Part shown: positions 1 to 9,530 of the stretch, piece after piece
Numbering within the stretch: the first letter of the stretch is position 1
Layout: each line of letters opens with the position of its first letter
Source: Ignavibacteria bacterium
GTDB taxonomy: Bacteria > Bacteroidota > Ignavibacteria > Kapaibacteriales > UBA2268
DNA: 34,391 nt
NCBI GenBank assembly: GCA_037441245.1
Contig: JBBISM010000002.1
Coordinates: 1 to 34,391 of the forward strand
Direction: 5' to 3'
Translations under genes and position numbers: made by a program
Notes under the pieces: model-generated
Databases searched by the model: none
Told to the model about the DNA's origin: nothing
The model's input: only the letters and a program-made list of their open reading frames with translations

Positions 1-357
1 AATCTTTTGGGGCTCGTTTTCTTTTTCTGGTTCTTTTGGCAGAAATCTCACTTTTACCATTGATTCAATTTGCATTTTTGATAGTCTTGAATTAATCTTA
101 TCAACTTCCCAGGTTTGTTTTGGTGGGAATAATTGAATTGAAGGATATGCTGAAACATATTTATATCGAGAAATATTTTGTACTAAAGCAAGTTCAAATT
201 CCTGTCTTAACTTTAAATCTTCCTCTTCGAACATCACGCATATTTTCTTACTCGATATTGGTGTTTCATTTTTATATAATATAAAAAAATCCATTGCATT
301 GAGACTTGATGTTATAAGCATCAGTAATAGGGATATTTTTAATATTTTACTCAACAT
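1..357 (-). CDS. hypothetical secreted protein, partial (3' end runs off the window; not in the supplied ORF track)
   Basis: Manual translation of the minus strand from the ATG at 357-355 gives 119 codons with no stop down to position 1. The N-terminus MLSKILKISLLLMLITSSLNA looks like a signal peptide. No family was recognised. Confidence 0.4.
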   Translation of the reverse strand, partial: MLSKILKISLLLMLITSSLNAMDFFILYKNETPISSKKICVMFEEEDLKLRQEFELALVQNISRYKYVSAYPSIQLFPPKQTWEVDKINSRLSKMQIESMVKVRFLPKEPEKENEPQKI

Positions 358-477
358 TGCTCACCCAAATATTATTTTACATTGCAATATGATAAATTTT
401 ATAAAATGGAAAAATTAAACTCATAATTTTGATAAAGTAATTATCGGTAATAAAGTATTAACCTTGAAAACCAAGTG

Positions 478-1260
478 CTATATATCAGATAATACACTAA
501 TTTCAGGTATCTCATCAATATACTGATGATAATATAAAATTTTCAATGTTTGCTCCAAAGCATTCTTAATTTCAGAATTCCATTGATAAATAATTCTACC
601 TCCTCTCGGTTGATAGTTTCCAGCAGAAGTATTATCCTCGACTATGTCCACTTGTGGAGCTAAATCCGCCAATACCATCTCTTTTGTAAGATTTAGCAAA
701 TCATTATTATTTTCTTCATCCCTACAAACCCAAAAAGCTATTGGTAAAATATGACCAAAATGCAAGAACCATTCTTCGCTAATATCAAGGGTCATCTCCT
801 TCTGAGGAGCAGTTCCCCAGGTTAATACTATATCGGAACTTTCGAGCAATTCCTTCCAATCCCCTTTTACTTTTTTAACCTCAGGATGTATTCCGTAAAG
901 TTCAGCTAATAATATCTTCCCGATAATCATCACAAAAGTATCAGGGTCATTCGATGAGCAGGTTAATTCCTTTCGATTAGTTTGTTTGAAAAAGAAGGAT
1001 GCAATGCCTGTATAACCTTCCAAAGCTATAATCGAGGTCGGTAGAATGATATAATTAGACAACCCAACACCTTTCCCAAACGAAAAAGGACTCATCAAAG
1101 CTAAATCAACTCGATTATCCAACATTAAATCAGACAAACGAGCTTCCGAAACAGGTAAAATTTCATACCTTGAATTATCTTTCTCATCAATTCCTTTAGC
1201 TAATAAATTAAGGAATATTGGATTATCTGGAACTGCTATTTTATAAGGCATTTCATACAC
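478..1260 (-). CDS. menaquinone biosynthesis protein, MqnA/MqnD family (futalosine pathway, chorismate dehydratase-like)
   Basis: 260 aa. The layout resembles the periplasmic-binding-protein-like MqnA fold family: RVDLALMSPFSFGK, YIILP, LDISEEWFLHFGHILPIAFWVCRDE. Recognised by eye only. Confidence 0.55.
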   Translation of the reverse strand: MYEMPYKIAVPDNPIFLNLLAKGIDEKDNSRYEILPVSEARLSDLMLDNRVDLALMSPFSFGKGVGLSNYIILPTSIIALEGYTGIASFFFKQTNRKELTCSSNDPDTFVMIIGKILLAELYGIHPEVKKVKGDWKELLESSDIVLTWGTAPQKEMTLDISEEWFLHFGHILPIAFWVCRDEENNNDLLNLTKEMVLADLAPQVDIVEDNTSAGNYQPRGGRIIYQWNSEIKNALEQTLKILYYHQYIDEIPEISVLSDI

Positions 1261-1301
1261 TTCGCTAATTTTTCATAATAACGTTGCAACAAATTTAATA
1301 T

Positions 1302-1847
1302 TTATGTGTTAATACTATTGAACCAAATTTTAATGGCTTCGAAAACAGCAATACCAGCTGCAACGCTGACATTTAGCGAGTGTTTTATACCAAACATAGG
1401 TATTTCGATGGAATCATCGCATAATTCTAAAATTTTGTCATCAATTCCAGTTAACTCGTTTCCTAACACAATGCATACGGGAAATTCTCCCCGCTTGAGA
1501 GAATAATATGGTCTGCTCGAATTTGTTATTTCGAGTGCTAAAACTTTGATTTTACGTTCTTTTAAATACAAAATTGCATCGCTGGGCTCTTTGAAATATC
1601 GCCAAGGCACTGTTTTATCAGCACCAAGAGCTGTCTTCTCTATTTCTTTCCGTGGAGGATATGGGGTAAACCCTGTTAATAAAATTTCGCTGATAAGGGC
1701 TGAATCCGATGTTCTAAATATTGAACCGACATTGTATAAACTGCGAAGATTATATAATAAGAGATAAACCGGATTTCGTTGAATATAGCTGAGTTTGTCT
1801 TCTTTCAATCGTAATTGCAATATTTCTTGATGTAGTAACTTTCGCAT
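1302..1847 (-). CDS. TrmH/SpoU-family RNA 2'-O-methyltransferase
   Basis: 181 aa with SPOUT motifs: NVGSIFRTSDS, IVLGNELTGI, IEIPMFGIKHSLNVSVAAGIAVFE. Confidence 0.75.
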   Translation of the reverse strand: MRKLLHQEILQLRLKEDKLSYIQRNPVYLLLYNLRSLYNVGSIFRTSDSALISEILLTGFTPYPPRKEIEKTALGADKTVPWRYFKEPSDAILYLKERKIKVLALEITNSSRPYYSLKRGEFPVCIVLGNELTGIDDKILELCDDSIEIPMFGIKHSLNVSVAAGIAVFEAIKIWFNSINT

Positions 1848-3446
1848 ACTAAATAAAAATCAAAAAGATAATTATAACAATATATAAAATATGTTTCAAT
1901 AATAATTGTCAATTATTAATAAATTAGGAATCACTAAATTCCACCAATAATGAATGGTATTATGAAAAATTTAAACTTATTATATACAAAATTAATACTA
2001 TTTATTTTCTTGTTCATAATATTTGCTTCTGACTGCTACCCACAAGAGTATGCTGATAGTAAAGGTCAAGATTTTTGGGTTACTTTTATGCCCAACTATC
2101 ATAATAATCGAAGAAGCAGTAGTAACACCCTTAAATATGGTGATTCTCTTTATCTATTTATTGTTGCTTACGAGCCAACTACAGGAACAATAAAATATAG
2201 AAACCGCAATAATAATTTATTTACCCATAATTTCACAATTACTAATATAGACCAAATCTATATTTTTAAAGTATCATACTGGGATTTTGAGTTATTGGGA
2301 TTTAATGATAGTCGTCAATTCAATGTTCCCCATCAAAATGAAAAAGTCAGTCCACAATACTTTCACATATCAAGCGATAAAGATATAACTGTTTATGCCC
2401 ATTCGCAGTCAGTTATGACCAGCGATGCATTTCTTGTTCTTCCAACTGATGCATTAGGAAATGAATACTTTATTTTGACTTATAATAGTGACGGCTCAGG
2501 CACAAGCACATTTGTTAATTAGAGTAGTACACCATCCCAATTTGCTATAGTCGCAACTCAAGACAGTACTAATGTAACCATTATCCCCTCAACAGAAACG
2601 CACGCAAATGATAGAAATACGCAAAGAATAGTACTAAACAAAGGAGATGTTTATTTAGTTCAAGCCAAAATTGACCGATTCAATTGGACTCGAGACCTGA
2701 CGGGTTCACAGATAATTTCTAATAAACCTATTGCAATTTTTGCAGGTCATCAAAGAAGCACAATACCATTAAATCAAAGTGCTGCCTCACCCTCAAGAGA
2801 TTTCATTTGCGAGCAAATGCCTCCCACTAAATCTTGGGGCAAAAATGCGTTGCTCGTGCCATATCCACAATCGTCAACAATTACAAATCCTGATAGAGAC
2901 ATTTATAGGATATTAGCATCTTACGACGGTACTGAGATTTTTATTGAAAATCAATTCATAAAAAAGCTCAATAAGGGCGAATTTTATGAAGACAAACTCA
3001 TCCAACCAACTGTTGTAACATCCTCTGCTCCGATACTTGTTGCACAATTTAAAAAGACCTCACAAACTCAATTTGATTCTACAATTAGCGATCCATTTAT
3101 GATGATAATTCCACCTGTTGAGCAATTTGGCAATTTTTACCGTTTCATAAATATTCAAGCTTATGAATATGATACTGATTATAATAATTGGATGAAAGTA
3201 TATACCGAACAGTTCCTAACAGTTGTTGCACCGACAAGTACTATCTCAACAATTCGATTGAACGCTTCACCGATACCTCCAGCTAACTTTAAACCGATAC
3301 CCAATACCAACTATTCTTATGCTTGGATTGCTATGGAAGATGGTCCTTCGACTATTTCTGCTGATGATAATTTTGGTATTTATGTTTATGGATATGGAGT
3401 TGCTAATTCCTACGGTTATTTTGGGGGTATGAATTTCAAGAGACTT

Positions 3447-4640
3447 GATTTTAAGCCACCCGAAATTACATCCAATATAATTTGTTACTACCTTGAAGGA
3501 ATAATCTATGATACATCAGCAAATGATTCAAAAATCAGGGAAGTTTATTCCCCAGCTGAGTCAATTGAAAACGTTGCTGTCAATATTGAAATCTTCACTC
3601 CATATAAAGATATAGTAAAGTTCAATGCTTGGTTAAATGATATTTACAACGATGGCAGATTTACAATAATTGCCACCGATTCTGCTGGCTTATATTCTAA
3701 ATCTGATTTTGATATCCCCGGCTTTACTTTGCGTCCAACTCGAATTGAGCAATCAAACCTAACTTTGATTGATACTACAGTTAGAACTAAATTAATCCAC
3801 TGCTTTGATATTGAAATCGAAAACTATGGAAATTTCAATCAAATTCTAACAGAAGCAAATTTCAAATCAGAGACATCATCATACTTTTGCCAAAATCAAT
3901 TCCCCATAAATATTAAGCCTGGTGAAAAAGCTAATTTAAGAATTTGTTTCTCAAGTAATGCTACTGGTAAATTTCTCGATACTTTAGAAATTATTAATTA
4001 TTGCGGTGAACGCGATATAGCTATTTTAATATTCAACGTATTAGATGATGATCAGCCTCCAAAAGTTTCTGTTTCAGAAGATCCATGCAATCGCGAATTT
4101 ATATTGACAATAACCGATTCACTTAGCTATGACTATGGGATTGAAAATATTGATATTATCGAAACCATCAATTGCACAATTACATTAGAACAATTCTCAT
4201 CGCGTCTAAGCCGTTGCAAGGTATTTGTAAATGCCCCATCATTCGATGCATACTACAAAATTTCAATATCCGATTCAGCAGGTCATATTACAACAATTGA
4301 AAAGGATATACCTGGTTTTACTATTGATATTTTGGGTATTAATGAATCAGTTCGTAAAAAAGATTTCGCAAAACAACGAATAGGTTCGATTTGGTGCGAT
4401 TCTATTTTAATTTATAACTATGGTAACTTTCCTTTTACGTTAAATAAAACTCAGCTTTATCGAAATATACTGTTTTCAACTCCATTATCACAATATCCAA
4501 TAATAATTGAACCAGGCGATACTTTAAGTCTGCTAATCTGCTATCATCCTGTCAGTTCAGATACAATTCCAGATTTAGACTCCCTATATTTTGAATTTAA
4601 TTGCAATTTCAAAACTCTTATACTATCAGGAGAAGGTGAA
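3447..4640 (+). repeat. internal tandem duplication (2 x ~199 codons) inside the adhesin gene
   Basis: Unit 1 starts DFKPPEITS and unit 2 starts DDDQPPKVS. Both contain DSAG..(K/D)DIPGFT followed by a beta-sandwich module with I(E/Y)NYGNF...I(K/E)PG...(R/L)IC(F/Y). The similarity is at protein level; the DNA has diverged. Confidence 0.55.
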
Positions 4641-4714
4641 GAACTGAATTATCAAGGCAAATCTCGATGCGGTTTATCGCTCAAGTTGGACATATCCAAT
4701 GTATCAAATTCATT

Positions 4715-4967
4715 ACATATAGAGCCATTTGCACCAAACCCTACTACTACAATTATAAGCTCATTAATGACTCTTCGAGGAAATGAATCTATACAAGTCA
4801 GGGTCATCAATACTGTCGGTAAAGTTGAATTTAGCGATTACTTCACACCCAAAACCGATGGCCTTTATGAATATTCTATAGACGTTAGTTCCATACCCCA
4901 AGGTATATATTTCATTATTATAAACAGCAATTCAAAATTGTTCTCCGAGAAAATCATCATTTCAAGA
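4715..4967 (+). other. T9SS type A C-terminal sorting domain (Por secretion tail) of the adhesin
   Basis: The last ~80 aa read FAPNPTTTIISSLMTL...IQVRVINTVGKVE...GLYEYSIDVSSIPQGIYFIIINSNSKLFSEKIIISR. This matches the PNP...G.Y...K pattern typical of Por_Secre_tail domains. Confidence 0.6.
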
Positions 4968-5050
4968 TAGTCTAAGAAAATTTTATTGTTTTCAAACGTC
5001 ATAGATTTAAGATTAAACTATATCTTAATCAAAATAGGATATTAAACATT

Positions 5051-6763
5051 ATGAAACAAAAATGGTTTTATAGCATAATGACAATATTTTTAGGCATTGT
5101 CATTGGTTTTTTGATGCATCCATTAATTTCCAGCGATAATATCTATGAACAAATAAAAAAATTCGAATTTGTACTCAATACTGCATTTAGAAATTATGTT
5201 GAAGAAGTTGATATTAAACAACTCACCGAATCAGCCATTAAGGGAATGCTCAATGAACTCGACGTCCACTCTGTTTATTTATCCGCTGAACAAATGAAAA
5301 AAGTTGACGAAGATTTCGAAGGAAGTTTCGAAGGAGTCGGAATCGAATTCGATATAATAAATGATACTATTGTTGTAGTTGCTCCAATCCCTGGGGGACC
5401 AAGTGAAGAGATTGGAATTCAATCTAATGATAAGATAATTAAAATTGACGATAGAAATGTTGTTGGCATAGATAGAAGCGAAGTTCCAAAGTATCTCAAG
5501 GGTAAAAAAGGTACATCCGTCGAAATAAGCATAAAACGAAGTGGAGAACCTGAATTAATAAAATTTGCTGTTACCCGAGATAGAATACCAAACGTAAGCG
5601 TGCAAGCATATTATAAAATAGACGGCACCAATATTGGCTTCATAAAAGTCGAACGATTTGCCGCAACTACTTATGACGAAATCTATACTGCCTCGCAATC
5701 ACTACTTGAACAAGGTGCTAAGCGAATCATTCTCGATTTGAGAGGAAACCCAGGAGGTCTTTACGATCAAGCTGTCGAAATGGCTCAATTATTTTTAAAA
5801 CATGGAGATACAATTGTTTACACAAAAGGCAGACGCCCCGGAGATATTAGCTTCTCAATTGCTACTTCAAACGGAATTCTTAAAGACCTACCATTAATTA
5901 TTCTAATTGACCAAGGCTCAGCTTCTGCAAGCGAAATCGTTGCTGGAGCTATTCAAGATTTAGATAGAGGATTAATTGTCGGCGAAACCTCTTATGGTAA
6001 AGGATTAGTCCAAAGACAATATAAGCCCGGAGATGGTTCTGCATTTAGAATTACAATTGCAAAATACTACACCCCTTCTGGAAGATGCATACAAAGACCA
6101 TACAAAGATAAAGAAAAATATAGAAGCTTAGTAGGGCGTTTTGAAGTCGAGGAAGGTAATAATCTCGAACATTCGCTCGATAAGATTACAAAAAATTTCA
6201 ATAAAGAAACTGAGATTATCGAAATCAAAAATAACAAACTAATAATTAAACACCTCGAACAATCACCAGATAAGTCAAAGAAATCACAATTTTCAACCAT
6301 AGATACTTTTGATATCCATCGCACACGAGCTGGTAGAATGGTCTTGAGCAGCGGAGGAATTATCCCAGATTACATAATACAGCCAGATACAATTACTGTC
6401 CTTTCCCGCAATATCAGGAATAAAAATGCATATTTCGAGTTTTCCGACTGGTATATGAATAAATATGGTAATCATATTAAACAAAAATATGCAGATAATT
6501 TCAAATCATATTTGAGAAACTTTGAAATAGATATGAAAATGACCGAGGAATTTAAAACATTCGTTGAATCAAAAGCTATTACTTGGAATGAAGAACAATT
6601 CCAGAAAGATAAAGAATTGATTGAAACTATGATAAAAGCAAATATTGCAAGGTCAATCTGGAATAGAAGCAAGTTCCTCGAAGTATTTTATTCGAAGAAT
6701 AAAATTGTAAAGCAATCAGTTGAACTCTTTCCAGCAGCTGAAAAACTTGCCAATCTAAAATAA
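5051..6763 (+). CDS. S41 family C-terminal processing (tail-specific) peptidase
   Basis: 570 aa with an N-terminal TM helix and a PDZ-like segment (GVGIEFDIINDTIVVVAPIPGGPSEEIGIQSNDKIIKIDD). The catalytic region reads ILDLRGNPGG and IDQGSASASEIVAGAIQD. Confidence 0.85.
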   Translation: MKQKWFYSIMTIFLGIVIGFLMHPLISSDNIYEQIKKFEFVLNTAFRNYVEEVDIKQLTESAIKGMLNELDVHSVYLSAEQMKKVDEDFEGSFEGVGIEFDIINDTIVVVAPIPGGPSEEIGIQSNDKIIKIDDRNVVGIDRSEVPKYLKGKKGTSVEISIKRSGEPELIKFAVTRDRIPNVSVQAYYKIDGTNIGFIKVERFAATTYDEIYTASQSLLEQGAKRIILDLRGNPGGLYDQAVEMAQLFLKHGDTIVYTKGRRPGDISFSIATSNGILKDLPLIILIDQGSASASEIVAGAIQDLDRGLIVGETSYGKGLVQRQYKPGDGSAFRITIAKYYTPSGRCIQRPYKDKEKYRSLVGRFEVEEGNNLEHSLDKITKNFNKETEIIEIKNNKLIIKHLEQSPDKSKKSQFSTIDTFDIHRTRAGRMVLSSGGIIPDYIIQPDTITVLSRNIRNKNAYFEFSDWYMNKYGNHIKQKYADNFKSYLRNFEIDMKMTEEFKTFVESKAITWNEEQFQKDKELIETMIKANIARSIWNRSKFLEVFYSKNKIVKQSVELFPAAEKLANLK

Positions 6764-6767
6764 CAAT

Positions 6768-6785
6768 AAGGGCTGTATCGCCCTT
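6768..6785 (+). terminator. weak candidate intrinsic terminator after the S41 peptidase gene
   Basis: AAGGGC-tgtatc-GCCCTT hairpin 5 nt after the stop codon. The following T tract is poor (TATGA). Confidence 0.3.
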
Positions 6786-7019
6786 TATGATAGTTCAACC
6801 ACGAGAAATCGGGAATCCTTAACAACAAATAAATTCCAAATTCCCTCGTTTGAGATAAGGATAATTCATTTCAAATATACTACTATGAGACAGCCCCTGC
6901 ATTACAACTCTTATAAGACCTCATACATAAGAACAATTTTCGAGTTGAGGATTGCATTTATCAAATAATAAATGCATAATTTTGTCATTCATTTAAATTT
7001 TAATTTTAAAACACATACT

Positions 7020-7817
7020 ATGTACTCTCTTACTCAAAAAATAAAATTTCCAGTATTCATCTCAATATTTCTTTTAGTAATATTGCAAGTAAATCGTCTC
7101 AATGCCAATATATATCAAGTAGGAGAAGAACTTGAATATGAAGTACGCTTTTTAGGGATTCGATTAGGAACAATTCAAATTATTTCAGAAGGAATAGAAC
7201 AAAATAGCGGGAAGGATGTTTTCAAAGCTAAGTCAATTATCAAATCCAGCGATGGGATACCATTTGTATCATTATACACAATATTTGAGAGTTGGTTCGA
7301 TACATCAATCACTCACTCATATAGATTTAAAGGAAATACAAAATTTCTGAGTGATAATTGGTCCTATCATCTTCTCTTGTTCGACTATAAAAGAAATCGA
7401 ATTATAAGTGAAAAATGGGAAAACAAGAGGTTTCTAAGCTCAGATACCATACAGACTCGAACAAAATGGAATGATGGTTTATCTCTATTTTTTTTAGCAA
7501 GACAATTTGTTGATGCCCGAAAAAACTATCGCATTCCAACATTTATGGGCGATGACACAACTTATACTGAATTAAATTTTCTTGGAAAAAGAGAAAATAT
7601 TAAAATCAATGCTGTGAACTACCCTGTTAAAACTATATTCTTCAATGGAAATGCCAATTGGGAAGGCGTTTATGGATTGACAGGAAGATTCGAGGGTTGG
7701 TTTAGTGATGATGAAGCAAGAATACCCATCAGAGCAAAAATGAAAGTCTTAGTTGGCAATGTCTCTATCGAACTTATTAAATGGAATAGAAAAAGTTGGA
7801 ATCCTACTAAATCTTAA
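7020..7817 (+). CDS. DUF3108-like protein (secreted)
   Basis: The pattern is typical of DUF3108: GEELEYEVRFLGIRLGTI, DGLSLFFLARQ, GWFSDDEARIPIRAKMKVLVGNVSIELIKW. I chose the start at the ATG at 7020 (MYSLTQKIKFPVFISIFLLVILQVNRLNA signal peptide) rather than the track start at 6972. Confidence 0.6.
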   Translation: MYSLTQKIKFPVFISIFLLVILQVNRLNANIYQVGEELEYEVRFLGIRLGTIQIISEGIEQNSGKDVFKAKSIIKSSDGIPFVSLYTIFESWFDTSITHSYRFKGNTKFLSDNWSYHLLLFDYKRNRIISEKWENKRFLSSDTIQTRTKWNDGLSLFFLARQFVDARKNYRIPTFMGDDTTYTELNFLGKRENIKINAVNYPVKTIFFNGNANWEGVYGLTGRFEGWFSDDEARIPIRAKMKVLVGNVSIELIKWNRKSWNPTKS

Positions 7818-7924
7818 CCCAAGTAAAAGAATTATCTATCTTTAATTTATGAAATAATTTTAACTTAAAAACTATCTGGCATAAATTTTGTTTTAATATT
7901 CTTTTCAAATGTGAAACTATAAAT

Positions 7925-8881
7925 TTGAATTTTATGAACATAAAAAATGAGCAAACGATTATAGGAATTGATGGAGGAGGAACTCATACCAGAGGCATTT
8001 TATTCAAGGATGGAAAAACTATTGCAGAATCAAAAGTCGGCACAACACGTATCGGAGCAGTCGGAGTGGGTGAATCTTGCGAAAGACTAATCAATGTAAT
8101 TGATGACCTATGCAAGCAAGTCAATATTGGTTCAGAAGAACTCGATGCGGTCGTCATCGGATTAGCCGGTGTATGGCTCGAAGAAGAAAAATTACGTTCT
8201 ACTCAATTATTAAAAACCTTAGCTCGTGGGCAGGATATAATATTAAATGATCTATTAGTAACGAGCGATGCAGAATTAGCGCTTGAAGGAGCCTTCCAAA
8301 ACGAACAAGGTATAATAATTATAGTTGGAACAGGTTCTATCGCACTCGGAAATACGAATAAAAAGAAGCTCGTACGCTGTGGTGGTTGGGGTATTGAACT
8401 AGACGACGAAGGCAGTGGTGCATGGATTGGAAAAGAAGGTATTACAGCTGTAGTGCGAGATATTGATAGACGAGGCAAAAAAACCCAACTAACTGAAATT
8501 TTCGCCGAAATGTACCCAAATATTAATGTCAAACAACCACGCACGATTGTCAAAGCTTTCTCTGAACGAGCATTTGAGTATCATATGCTAACACCAACTG
8601 TTATGAAATGTGCCGCTGAAGGCGATGAAGTATGCAATGAAATAATTCAGCGTGCTGCTTATCATCTAATGGAATTAATCGAAGCATTAAAAATACATTA
8701 TGTTATCAGACCTATTCCTGTTACTTTGCTCGGTGGAATCATCGAAGCTAAAACTTTATTATACCATATACTCGTTTCAAAAATAAAGAAACATCGAGAT
8801 TTTAAAATTGTTTCACCAAAAGGCAATGCTTTAGACGGAGCAATTTCATTAGCTAAAAAATTAATTAACGAAATGGATTAA
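7925..8881 (+). CDS. BadF/BadG/BcrA/BcrD-type ATPase, N-acetylglucosamine kinase-like
   Basis: ASKHA-fold motifs IIGIDGGGTHTRG, IIIVGTGSIALG and GGWGIELDDEGSGAWIG. The track start is a TTG at 7925; an ATG at 7934 is an alternative. Confidence 0.7.
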   Translation: MNFMNIKNEQTIIGIDGGGTHTRGILFKDGKTIAESKVGTTRIGAVGVGESCERLINVIDDLCKQVNIGSEELDAVVIGLAGVWLEEEKLRSTQLLKTLARGQDIILNDLLVTSDAELALEGAFQNEQGIIIIVGTGSIALGNTNKKKLVRCGGWGIELDDEGSGAWIGKEGITAVVRDIDRRGKKTQLTEIFAEMYPNINVKQPRTIVKAFSERAFEYHMLTPTVMKCAAEGDEVCNEIIQRAAYHLMELIEALKIHYVIRPIPVTLLGGIIEAKTLLYHILVSKIKKHRDFKIVSPKGNALDGAISLAKKLINEMD

Positions 8882-8953
8882 TCTTAATCTATTTTATTAA
8901 AAAAATTATTATATTAGTATTCAATTAATAAGTCTAACAAGATGATATAATTT

Positions 8954-9319
8954 ATGAGACCACTACAAATTACAATTGACGATAAAGAAGATTATGTCAT
9001 TATGCATTTGTCAGGAAGTTCAAGGGCAGTCAATAAGCAATCAGAAGAAGTTACAATCATCCGAGAAACTTTCCGTGTTTTAGCGAAACAAGGCAAATCA
9101 AAAATATTACTCGATTTAAAAGACGTAGATTATCTTTCATCTAATACAATCGGTGCATTTCTTTCTGGAAATTCCATTATTAAAAAAATAGGTGGAAAAA
9201 TAGTTATTTTCAATGCAAATGATTATATTATGAACATATTCAATATCGTTCAACTCTACAAAGTCATTCCTATAAGCAAAACAATAGACGATGCTCTCAA
9301 TGAAGTGAATATGATTTAA
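8954..9319 (+). CDS. STAS domain protein (anti-sigma factor antagonist-like)
   Basis: 121 aa. KILLDLKDVDYLSSNTIGAFL resembles the SpoIIAA/RsbV phospho-serine region. The size is typical for this family. Confidence 0.65.
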   Translation: MRPLQITIDDKEDYVIMHLSGSSRAVNKQSEEVTIIRETFRVLAKQGKSKILLDLKDVDYLSSNTIGAFLSGNSIIKKIGGKIVIFNANDYIMNIFNIVQLYKVIPISKTIDDALNEVNMI

Positions 9320-9530
9320 TTTAATAATCCCTATAATTTCACATCGAAAGTTCTATTAATCACAGAATGAGAAACTTTTGAACTTAAAAAGTTTTACAAT
9401 TCTTTTATTAATCTTTTAGCACTTATGTAAAGATATTTCAAATTTTTACGAAACTAAATATTGAAAATAGTCCAATTCAATTCCAATTTGAATTGTAATT
9501 ATATAAACAAATGTAATTTTAATAAATTAT

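Larger units (their letters stand above)
1950..4970 (+). pseudogene. IgGFc-binding-N-terminal-domain adhesin with T9SS C-terminal sorting domain, interrupted by a single in-frame TAG at 2520-2522
   Basis: Track ORFs 1950-2522 and 2817-4970 are in the same frame. The 294 nt between them (2523-2816) is open in that frame. It encodes the expected continuation of the domain: SQFAIVATQDSTNVTIIPS, GDVYLVQA, IAIFAGHQRSTIP, DFICEQMPPTKSWGK. The N-terminus has a signal peptide followed by GQDFWVTFMPNYH. Confidence 0.7.

Noticed and set aside
1901-1917. Palindrome AATAATTG-T-CAATTATT upstream of the adhesin gene, and CAATTCAA-N7-TTGAATTG at 9473-9495 upstream of the TPR gene. These might be copies of the same operator as 16103-16125.
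   Set aside because: All share CAATT/AATTG cores, but the spacing between half-sites differs (1, 13 and 7 nt between cores). The sequences are A/T dominated, so chance occurrence in AT-rich spacers cannot be excluded.
2520-2522. TAG read as a recoded sense codon (pyrrolysine or genome-wide reassignment).
   Set aside because: The same gene ends with TAG at 4968-4970. No pyl genes or other in-frame TAGs are visible in the window. A nonsense mutation, an error or local readthrough are simpler explanations.
6764-7019. A ~250-nt gap between the S41 peptidase and DUF3108 genes, as a possible small RNA or tRNA.
   Set aside because: No cloverleaf-compatible arms, T-loop (GGTTCGAATCC-like) motif or strong conserved-looking structure was seen. 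Only the weak hairpin at 6768-6785 is present. The track start at 6972 is probably an over-extension of the next gene.
9372-9394. An AT-only hairpin (AAACTTTT-N7-AAAAGTTT) after the STAS gene as a terminator. Similar AT hairpins occur at 4995-5030.
   Set aside because: The stems consist almost entirely of A-T pairs and would be very weak. They cannot be distinguished from background in this composition.
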